A stretch of 64,000 nt of DNA from a bacterium (GTDB lineage: Bacteria > Electryoneota > Electryoneia > Electryoneales > Electryoneaceae). Numbering within the stretch: the first letter of the stretch is position 1; each line of letters opens with the position of its first letter. The stretch lies in the NCBI GenBank assembly GCA_963669175.1, contig OY769902.1, positions 4,704,001 to 4,768,000 of the forward strand. The letters run 5' to 3'. The notes beneath the pieces were generated by a model. That model did not search any database and had not been told where the DNA came from. It worked only from the letters and a program-made list of their open reading frames with translations. Positions 38,434 to 48,400 of the stretch are shown here, piece after piece. The translations under genes were made by a program, and so were the position numbers.

Positions 38434-41400
38434 TTACTTGATCAGCAAGACTCGTGTAGTTCTGACTTCCTTTTCTGTTTCGAGTTGGATAAAATAGACA
38501 CCCGAGGCAAGCCCCGAGGCATTGTACGATTTCCGATGAATACCAGGTTGAAGTTGTGGCCAATCTATTGCGAACACGGGTTGTCCGAGGATGTTGAATA
38601 GCGTAAGCTGTACTCTGGCTTGATGCGGAAGGGCGAATACTACCGTCTGCGTCGAGTTGAAGGGATTCGGGTACACGCAATGTATCTCGAAAATGGATGG
38701 GATGACTGCCTCGTTCTCTCTAACAGTCAAAGGGTAGGTATAGGATAGCCCATACGGCCCGCCCCACAGGCCGATGTCGTTGCGAGTGCTGTCACAATCG
38801 AAATAGACGCTATCAGGGTGTCCGGCATTGATCAGCGGTGATTCATCAGTGAGGCGATAGTGAATAGTATCCTCAAGCAAAGGACTTATTGTGATGTTCA
38901 GGATATTCCAGGGGATATTGATGTTGTTCGTGTCATTTTCACAAAAACAATTGTATTGATACAAGATCGGTGTATCATCAACAGCTCTGTTGAAAATTGC
39001 GATTGAGTCATGCATGAATAGATTGCTAAAAAACTGCACACTGTTCTCGCCTTCGGATGATCCGAATATGTCCACTCCACATTCGAAACCTGTAAAGACA
39101 TTATTTGCAAAAAGAACTTCCAGGTCAGGGGTGATCCATACTCCATCTGCTTCTCCCCAGTCGTGATTTTCGAAAAGATTATTAGCTACATAGCCTGAAG
39201 AAGAGTTTGTAAAACACATACCAAGTGGAACATTGAAAAACCTGTTTCGAAAAACCTCTCCATGGCTTGACTCGTCAAATCGTATCCCCTCGCAATTAAA
39301 GAATTCGTTGCCTTGAATCAGCGCGGTAGAATTCAGGACACATCGGATGGCCGAAGGAGCGGGAGAACTTTCATATTGGTTCCAGAAAACGGAATTGGTG
39401 ATTTCAATATCTGATGCGTTCAGGAAAACATACATTATGAACTCAGGAACCTGCGAAACGAACAGGCAGGAGTCAATCTGGACTTGTGAAGAACTGAGCA
39501 GGTAAACGCTCATGTAATTGTCAAATAATCTTGTATACTTCAGGTTCAATATACTGGCTGAATCAAGTTCGACAGCTATTCCAGCTTTCTCGATGACTGA
39601 ATAACTTATTCTGCTCATCAATTGGCTATCAAGAAGAGCAATTCCCTTCCACAGGGAGTGGTTACTTTCTTCAAGCTCACTAGTGAAGCGAATCGAGTCC
39701 TCGACTGTCCCTTCGGCAATTAACTGTCCATACACATCAATTCCAATTTGGTATTCTTCATCTTCCACATACCTGAACTGCAATTCACATCCCGGTTCGA
39801 TGATCAGGCTGTCGCCTTCGGAGACAATGATATCCTCCACCACGTAGAACGGGCTGTCTTCTACATGAAGAATCCCGGTGATCTCACCGGACAGCAGGGT
39901 TCGCAGGTCGGTGTTGACAAATACTTCAGCCGTATCCGTCTGCCCCAGGCCGTCCTGCACAATCACCCTGAAGGTGAAGTCACGGGTGGAGTCCGGTACA
40001 GTCCCGGACACAATCGTCGTATCCCCCACCCAGTCCAGTTCGTCTTCTTCACTCAACCATTCGGGCAGGTCCGTGAAGCTGAAGGCAAGGGGACCGTTGT
40101 CATCCGTTGCGGTCACGATGATACTCACAGGCTGGCCGACCTGCGCCTGCACCTGGCTGGGCACAGTCACTACCGGGGGATTGTCCAGGGACTGGTCATA
40201 GTAGTAACACCCGATATCGGCAGGAGTGCCGTCGGGATCGTCAGGGCTGTCCGGATCACCGGCGTCGATGCACGGACTGTTGGCTTGCAACGTGTAGTCA
40301 AACGGTTCACCGCCGGCAAAAATAGGATTGGTCAGCAGGTTGGTGTCATCCAAGTCCAGACCATCCGCCACTTCCGATACGGCATAGATGCAATTGTAGC
40401 TGATCTCGAGGGGAACCGGGTTGGATATGAACACGATTCCGGTGCAGTTGACATCATCGCCAAGTAGAATATTCTCAACTATTTCACCCTCATTATCCGA
40501 CAGGTTCCGCAGCTCGAGTCCCGTATCACGGAAATAGACTGTATTGCCCTCAATCCGGCTGACCGGGGAAGTGTGTACCACGATCCCGGTTTGAAAGTTG
40601 ATGATCAGGTTGTCAATGACATCGACCGGGCCGCATTGGCTGATCTCAATGCCGACACGGTTCTGCCCGATGGCGCCGGTTTCGATGACATGGTTGTTCC
40701 GGATGGTTCCTGTAGCCATCCACATGTCGAGATAGAGAAACGTGCTGTTCTCGATCAGCATATCGGCCCAACCACTCACGGCGAAACAACCGCTTTCATT
40801 GTGATGCCAGTACATCTCACCTGCACTCAAATCAGCCCTGGCGAGATGATTGTATCTGATTTCAACAGCTTCGCCACCGTACCTGGCAAGGTCCACATAC
40901 AGGCTGAAGAACGAATTATTTTCAATGGAAGCGAGATTCTGCCCCGTATTCGGACATAGCCTCACCCAGACATCCGGACCGTCATTGTACCGGAGTACCC
41001 CGTTGTACAAGTGCAAATAAAGCAGTTGGCCCGGAATCAACGGAGCATGCTGGAAGATGTTGTATTCCACCGTATCCATTTGTACGCCAAAACTGGAAAA
41101 GATGACGGCGTTCAGCGCACGGATACGGCTCTGCCGGATCACATTCTCGCCACGGTCGGACTCGATGCCGTTCAGGACGGAATCCATGACACAATAGTTG
41201 AATGCGATACGTGAATCTTCGTATTCGAAGGGTGAGACAAATCCCCGGAAGGCAGCTCCCGCAGTGTGGAAGTATACCGAATCGCCTTCCTCCCCAGCCG
41301 CTTCCAGTGTGCCGAAGACGTACACCGGTGTACGTGTGGAGTCGGTCTGATCCTGAAAAATCACTTCTACTCCCGGTTCAATCAGGAGGGTTTCGCCTTC

Positions 41401-41676
41401 CGGGACGATCAGGGTGTCTGTGACGAGGTAAGGGGAGCCGTCCACATCCCACACGCCGGAGACTTCGCCGGAGACGAATGTTTCAGCGTGAATGGCTTGG
41501 GGAACTACAAGGGGTACAAAGGCCAGGGACAGGAGCAGCAGGAAGAAGCATAGAGCATCCACTTTGAACCATTGCGGGGAAAATGGCGTGTGGCGTTGGT
41601 AAACCGTGTGTCCAGCCTTACGCAACACGACTGCGGGGAGTGTGTCGCGCTGTAAAGGAAAGTTCATAAGTGTCAT
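38434..41676 (-). CDS. Secreted right-handed beta-helix repeat protein with Ig-like domain and T9SS-type C-terminal domain
   Basis: SGVW...SPY.V...L.IEPG motif twice, NN-rich helix repeats, SPCIDAGDP...DIG, YPNPFN tail; AAGGAG RBS. Confidence 0.85.
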   Translation of the reverse strand: MTLMNFPLQRDTLPAVVLRKAGHTVYQRHTPFSPQWFKVDALCFFLLLLSLAFVPLVVPQAIHAETFVSGEVSGVWDVDGSPYLVTDTLIVPEGETLLIEPGVEVIFQDQTDSTRTPVYVFGTLEAAGEEGDSVYFHTAGAAFRGFVSPFEYEDSRIAFNYCVMDSVLNGIESDRGENVIRQSRIRALNAVIFSSFGVQMDTVEYNIFQHAPLIPGQLLYLHLYNGVLRYNDGPDVWVRLCPNTGQNLASIENNSFFSLYVDLARYGGEAVEIRYNHLARADLSAGEMYWHHNESGCFAVSGWADMLIENSTFLYLDMWMATGTIRNNHVIETGAIGQNRVGIEISQCGPVDVIDNLIINFQTGIVVHTSPVSRIEGNTVYFRDTGLELRNLSDNEGEIVENILLGDDVNCTGIVFISNPVPLEISYNCIYAVSEVADGLDLDDTNLLTNPIFAGGEPFDYTLQANSPCIDAGDPDSPDDPDGTPADIGCYYYDQSLDNPPVVTVPSQVQAQVGQPVSIIVTATDDNGPLAFSFTDLPEWLSEEDELDWVGDTTIVSGTVPDSTRDFTFRVIVQDGLGQTDTAEVFVNTDLRTLLSGEITGILHVEDSPFYVVEDIIVSEGDSLIIEPGCELQFRYVEDEEYQIGIDVYGQLIAEGTVEDSIRFTSELEESNHSLWKGIALLDSQLMSRISYSVIEKAGIAVELDSASILNLKYTRLFDNYMSVYLLSSSQVQIDSCLFVSQVPEFIMYVFLNASDIEITNSVFWNQYESSPAPSAIRCVLNSTALIQGNEFFNCEGIRFDESSHGEVFRNRFFNVPLGMCFTNSSSGYVANNLFENHDWGEADGVWITPDLEVLFANNVFTGFECGVDIFGSSEGENSVQFFSNLFMHDSIAIFNRAVDDTPILYQYNCFCENDTNNINIPWNILNITISPLLEDTIHYRLTDESPLINAGHPDSVYFDCDSTRNDIGLWGGPYGLSYTYPLTVRENEAVIPSIFEIHCVYPNPFNSTQTVVFALPHQARVQLTLFNILGQPVFAIDWPQLQPGIHRKSYNASGLASGVYFIQLETEKEVRTTRVLLIK

Positions 41677-41895
41677 AGGTACTCCTTTGCGCTACGATGA
41701 AAGAAACATACTACTGCAACAGAATGGATGCAATATGGAGCTATCTCTAAAAAAAAAAATATTTACAACTGGCTCAAAGGGGAAAATAAAAAGTCCGATA
41801 CGAGTCTGATCAGGCTTCTCATCATTCTTAACAAACCTGAGACCTGATCGTAACATTACAAATGTTGAAAAGTTGTTGTCTTTCGATTCAAGTTA

Positions 41896-42226
41896 GGTTC
41901 CTCACAAGAATTTGTGCATATTATCGACGAGCACGTTTCGTCAGGTCTTGACGTGATGCCTTTTCTTGTTCTTCTCCGTAATTTCAGACATCTGTCCGAC
42001 TTCACACCTGCTATTTCACATGATAGATCATCATCAGGCATCATGTTGTGACCTGACGGCAGTGAGAGTACCGATACCGGTGGCAGGTCACAACGCGACA
42101 ATAACAGGACGAGAGGTGGTTTCAGTATCATATGCATTCAGAAATACATAGCGAAAGCCGAAAACGGAAAGTCGCGTCAAGACCTGCTACAAATTTGCCC
42201 GGATGCACAAATTCTTGTGAGGAACC
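41896..42226. mobile_element. MITE copy 1 (331 bp)
   Basis: Perfect 24-bp terminal inverted repeats GGTTCCTCACAAGAATTTGTGCAT; homologous inverted copy at 60163-60494. Confidence 0.85.
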
Positions 42227-42293
42227 GTTATTTTATAGAATTAATCTCAATATATATACTATTGATAGTACTTAAATACCAGACATTCAATTC

Positions 42294-42321
42294 CTAATTA
42301 CTAATTACTAATTACTAATTA
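42294..42321. repeat. (CTAATTA)4 heptamer tandem repeat
   Basis: Direct reading of the sequence. Confidence 0.85.
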
Positions 42322-42353
42322 CCAATTCCCCATCCTGTACATCCCGTAAATAG

Positions 42354-42386
42354 AAAAAGCGGGTGACTGCTTTCACAGTCACCCGC
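42354..42386 (-). terminator. Intrinsic terminator of the 2590-aa gene
   Basis: GCGGGTGACTG/CAGTCACCCGC stem followed by TTTTT on the minus strand. Confidence 0.8.
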
Positions 42387-42434
42387 AGGGTTTGCTTGAT
42401 CAGCTTCGACGAATCGAAGCCTGTAATCAGCCGA

Positions 42435-45400
42435 CTATTTCACCAGAACCATCTTCTTCATGGAGGTAAACGGTCCGGCTTCGATCCGGTAGAAGTACAC
42501 GCCGGAGGCCATCGCACGCGCATCAAAGCTCACGGTATGATAACCGGCTTCCATACGGTTGTTGACCAAATGCATGACTTCCTGACCCAGAACATTGTAC
42601 ACGGCCAGTTTCACATCCTGCGCTTCAACCAGGGCAAACCGAATATTTGTCGTCGGGTTGAAGGGGTTCGGGTAGTTCTGATGCAGCGCGTATTCGACTG
42701 GAAGCTGTTCAGTCTCTTCGATGCTGTTGTACAGTTCGACGTTGATATCGACTGACGGTGCATCATCCCAGTACGGACCGTGGAAGAAGGCATGGAAGAC
42801 GAATTCATCGCCGACTCCATAACCTTCACGTTCGTCTTCAGGGATAAAGAAGCTGACGCCAATGTTGACTTCTTCTTCCGGTTCAAGTACGCCTTCACTC
42901 GGGTCGAGGACCAGCCACGGAATCGGCTTGGCGTAACCTTCCCAGATATCAACCTGGGAGCCTTCTGCCGCGATCAGGACAGTAGTAATGTCCATGCTGC
43001 CGGAATCATAACCGTCAGAAATTGACATACCGCCGGCCTTGCCTTCTTCCGGATCGTACACCATGACCGGTTCCATATCGAAGATGTTGGTTTCAGGGTT
43101 GTAGCGATACATGTAACCACCCTGATTGTCTTCGTTACGGGACAGGGTCCAGATGTTATAGCCGGAATCATCCATCGACATGTAAGCCATACCAACGGCC
43201 TGACCGGTCTGCCACAGGCTGTCCGTGGTCAGGTCAAAGAGGCTGTCCGTAGTCAGGTCTACCATCACAAAGAAGGTATCCCAGTTACGGAAGAATATGT
43301 TGTCGTTGTCGTAGTCGTACGCTACAGCGGTCGGACGGAAGCCGATGTTCCCCATGTTCTCATACGAGCTGAAGTCGCAGGAGAAGACGAAGATTTCACC
43401 GTCGCCGTTACCGCCGAGGAACATGTTCGACGCCGGATCGTAGGTGATGTCGTAGAAACCACGACCGTCGCTGCCAACCATCTCTTCCGGATACGGATAG
43501 GCTTCTTCAAGGTTGCCATCGTGGTCAAACATGTACAGCATGTTGTCGCCACGGACCGGGTCAATGTAGGTAGCGTTGACAACCAGGCCGGCCTCTGTGA
43601 ATACGGCCGAGAAGATACCGTAGTTGTCGGTGGCTTCTGTTACAGAATAAGAATCCAGCCAATCCCACAGTTCATCCAGTTCGTTTCCGATGGCAATCGG
43701 ACCACGCGGGAACGGGTTGGAGATAGCGTCAACGTCGCCGTTGACCTTGCGCATCATGCGACCATTGCGGCGTGTCTGCGGTCCTGCCAGTACACCACGC
43801 TCGCCGAAGCTCCAGTCACGGCCCTTGCCGCTGTAGACCTGGCCTTCTTCATCCTGTGTTACGTAGCTGTCCCACTCAAGCGTACCGCCACCAACACTTT
43901 CAAGGGAGAATTCACCAGCGCCTTCCCAACCGGAATGCAGATCGACACGGATTTCAATCGCATCTTCGGAAACTGCCCCTTCCGGATCGTACATGATGGC
44001 GTCTACTGTGATGACGTCATCTTCTACCGGCTGGACATCTTCAACAGAAGTCGGCCAGAAGTTGTCATGTTCGTACCAGAGGGTGTAGGCGAAGTTGGCA
44101 TCGATGTCGCTGAAGGAATATTCACCTTCCGCGTTCGTGTAGGTAAAGGTCATCGGATCGTTTTCGAAGTAAACCATGACGCCCTGTACGGCTTCTTCGT
44201 TTACATCGGTCACGGTACCTTCGATATCACCGACAGCTTCAGGCGGAGTGCCGTAAAGCTCCAGGTCATCAATGGCAACGCCGAAGTATTCATGGGTGAC
44301 TTCATCAGCAGCATGCTGAATCCTGAATTGCAGGTAGGTCACTTCATCTTCGTTGTAGTAATCGCCGAGGAAGAAAATAACCTGTTCCCACGTTTCCGGT
44401 TCTTCCGAGAAGCCCGGCTTCTTGACATCAAAGGGTTCAACAAATGCTGTCAGTGAATGGAGACTGTCAACAGGATAACCGCCAATCGGCTCGATGATCT
44501 CCCAGGTTTCGCCAAAGTCCGGTGAAACCATGACGTTGTAGCCATCCCACGGATCACCTGCGGCTTCGTATTCAACCCAGTGGTAGTACGAGAGTGCTGC
44601 TGTCGGGGAAAAGATCGCAAAAGGATCTGTCACCATCGCGTCAGCATATGAATCGTACAGGTAGTCTGTTGCCAGACCAGTTGCGTAAACATTGTCGCCT
44701 GTATACGCGGCCAGCGGACCGGCAGTCGGCGCTCCGACTTCCCAGATGGTTGAATCCTGCCATGCAGGCATGTTGAACGGATCCAGGTCACCTTCTTCGA
44801 AGCTGGTGGCGAAGGACGGTGTGCCAAGCAGACCTGTTGACAGGGTTATCGCGACACCGGATTCAAGCGGAACTTCGTCAACCGCTGTTACCCAATAGAT
44901 CAGGATACCACTGACATCTTCGCCAAGTTCATCATTGTAGGTGACGACATCGGCGGCAACTTCATCGAGTACCACACCATTACGATAGACAACGTACCCT
45001 GCCAGGTCGGTAAGTTCCGAGCCATCCTCATTGGTGGTCGGCGCAGTCCAGTTCAGGGTGATTGTGTTACCATCAATCGAACCTTCCAGATCCGGGACCG
45101 GGGAAGGCGCAACGCCGAACATGGTTGTGTAGGTTTCGGAAGGATCGGATTCAACGCCATCATCACTGACTGAGGTGGCGTAATAATCAACATCCATACC
45201 TTCGAATTCGCTGCCTACGTCGATGAAGTTTACCCAGATCGTTGTGGGTTCTTCAAAAGCGGAGACGAATGTTTCGCCATCCGTCGAATAGTAAATGTTG
45301 AAGCCGTAGAACTCATCGAGTTCGTTTGCAATACCGGCATACGCAGTGCTGGTCAGATGCGGCTGCGTGTAGGCGCCATCAATAAACTCGCCAAGCTCGA

Positions 45401-48400
45401 AGGACGCACGGAGCTGGCCAGTCTGAACACCCATGCCATGAACCGGTTCTTCAACCTGGGATTCCGGCATACCGAGCGTAACCATCTCACCACCGCTGGT
45501 AACCATGGTCGCGCGAATCAGCGGGTCACCGCTGCTAGAGCCGGTCCAGGACTCACCACCATTGGTAGTATAGGCAAGCGCGTAGTAGTTGTTCACGCCA
45601 TCTACATACAGCGGTTCAAAGTATTCGCTGTCGTAGGTGTAGTACGCTACCCAGAAACCATCTGCCGGAACAGTGATCATCGGGTTCGCATGGTTCCAGG
45701 GATCGTCAGCCGAGTTGACTGTCGGATCGGATTCATACAGCAATGCGCCCGGAAGTCCGCCATCGTCCGCAAAGACACGAATCACGATATCCCAGTATTC
45801 ACCGGCCAGGTTTGGATAGTTCGGGTAATCCCAGGCCCAATCGCCTTCAGCGTTGTTACGAATATCGGCCTGGACCAGGACACCTTCACATTCCGGATAG
45901 AAGGGAACGGCAAACATCATGTCTTCACTGGGGGCGCCATTCAACCAGGTAATCGACCCCATGTTGACACCATCATCATACTGCATGGTGACCAGCTCAT
46001 CCATATAGATGCCAGGAGGAGTTGTAACAAGGTCAAAACCTGTATCATGAGCGTTGAAAGTGCTGCCAACATTCGGCGGTGTGCTGTCATCAATCATGCC
46101 AAGCACGACATCCGCCTGGACAACATACTGATCTTCAGCAAATGTGACACCATCATTGCTACCGGGCAGATAGCCGGTTGCCATCACATCCACATCGAAG
46201 GTTAGAGCACGGTCAAACATGTTGGTGAATTCGTAGTAGCCAACTTCGTTGGTCATGGTGGTGTATGATTCACCATCATCAACGCAAGTTACTACGACGA
46301 CAGCGCCACTTACGAACTGACCTGGAGCATAGGAAACAAGACCCCAGATTGTGCCGCCCGGCTCGAGCCCCATATCCTGTTCCATGATATACTGCTCTTC
46401 GCCGAAGTTCATGTTGTAGTGGTTGCCTTCGAGGTAACCGTCCGCCATGACAGCCATGGCGTAAGGACCGGCATCCCGACCGAACATGCGTTCGAACATG
46501 TAATACCCATCCTCATCGGTATAGGTCATCCATGTATCGTCGAGATCGTTGTTGCTGATCATCACAACAGCGTTGGCAATCGGGTCGCCGGAGTTCATGT
46601 CGGTAATGATACCGGTCATGGATCCAAGCGGCTCCATTTCGATATCGGTTACAGCTTCGAATTCCTCTTCATCCCAGGTAACGCTGTCGGCATAGGCTGT
46701 AAGGTAGCCTTCCGCATTAACGACCAGATCGTAGTCACCGAGATCAAAGTCGACCAGGATACGGTAGAAACCGTCCCCATTACTGGTTCCCATGAAGGAA
46801 TCATCCAGTTCCGGGGAAGATGCAACAACTTCAGCGTCGGCAACAGGCTCACCTGTGATCATGTCTGTCAGTGTACCCGTCAGGGCAGCCCACTGACCAA
46901 TCGGCGGCTGCTGGTAGAAGAGAAGCGACATCTCATTTACCAGATCGTTCATGTCAAAGATAAGCGCTTCGGTGCCATCCGTGTTCTCTATACCACCCAA
47001 CGCGTTTGCACGGAAGTAATAGATCCAGTCATCAGCAGCCTGGAAGTTGAACAAAATCGTGTTGTTTTCACAATCCAGTACGATTTCGTAGTCGAAACGG
47101 TAATCTGTGTTACCACCATAGGGACGGAGGCGATACTGGATGATGACTTGTTCGTTATCTTCATCAACATAGTACCAGATACCGCAGTCGTCACCGGCTA
47201 CACCGGCATGATAGTCACCGTTACACGGAACCAGCGTTGCATTCGGTTCGCTTGTGCTCGGTAATGTCACACCGATTGTATTGCTTGTGAAGTTGGTAAA
47301 ACTGAACCAACCATTACTGCAAGCGCCAAAGCTTGAATAAGTTACACCGTAGTATTCAAACTCGAGCGGTGAGAAGGAGACTTCACCCGAGTTTGAATCG
47401 TCGCCAGACTCAAGGGCAATCGAACCAAGTCCGTCATTGGCCGGATTAATTTCAATCCAGTCATATTCCGCTGCATCCATGACGTAACCTGATTCAGTTG
47501 AAGGCAACGGCCGGGTTGTGGCTTCTTCAGACCAGACATAAACACCGTAACCGTAGTCGGCAGCGACACGGAATGTACTTTCCTGTCCCCAAGCTAAACC
47601 GGAAACTGTGAATTCGTTGGTTCCCGCAGGAACGATTGTATTTGCCAGCATTCCGTTGACTTCAATCACTGTGCCCATGAAGTCATCAATTGAATCAAGT
47701 TCGTCACCAACCGCGAGACGACGTTCCAGGCGGGCGGCGTTACGAATCAGGATGTCCAGCGCTTCCTGTTCCTGAGCCAGCTTGGCAGGAGCCGTTGCCT
47801 CATTGCTGTTTTCCAGCATGGCAATATTGGCTCTGTGTTCTGCGATCTGGTCGTCAAGAATCTGGAGAAGTTCCGGAACCACGTGGTTTGCCGGATCAGT
47901 CCAATAAAGGGTGACATCCGGAGAATCTGTGGTCCAGTTGGTGGTCAAGTCCTGCGGCGCCATGATTTCTTCAAGTGTAAAGGTGAATTCATTGTCACCT
48001 TCCACAACACTTTCGTAGAAGTAATCATCGTGGAAAAGGACATCACCTTCAAAGACACCATCAACATGGAAGGTATACGGGCCAATACGGAAATCATCAT
48101 CTCCGATATCATCGCCGAAGAAGAATTCACCGTCTTCATCCGTAACCGCCGTCATGCCAGTCAACATCTCAGTAATGGTGACACCGGCAATAGCTCCACC
48201 ATCAACATCTTCCACGACACCGTAAACAGCGCCCCAGATGTTGATCAGGGTCAGGGTAACATCAACGGTTGTAACAACGCCAGATTCGACATCGACGTCT
48301 TCTACCGAATCATCGTTATATCCGTATGCAGGTTCAAAAACGACGTCATACATGCCTGGCTGTAACCCAGTAAAGGTGTAGTAACCGTCGTCACCAGTTA

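Noticed and set aside
41856-42151. Short ORFs within the MITE copies (also 60169-60423)
   Set aside because: No transposase motifs or RBS; they are incidental frames in palindromic sequence.
43521-47264. Long plus-strand ORFs of 280-310 aa (also 8145-9080 minus, 58848-59531 plus)
   Set aside because: Antisense shadows of well-supported genes with biased codon usage; no motifs.
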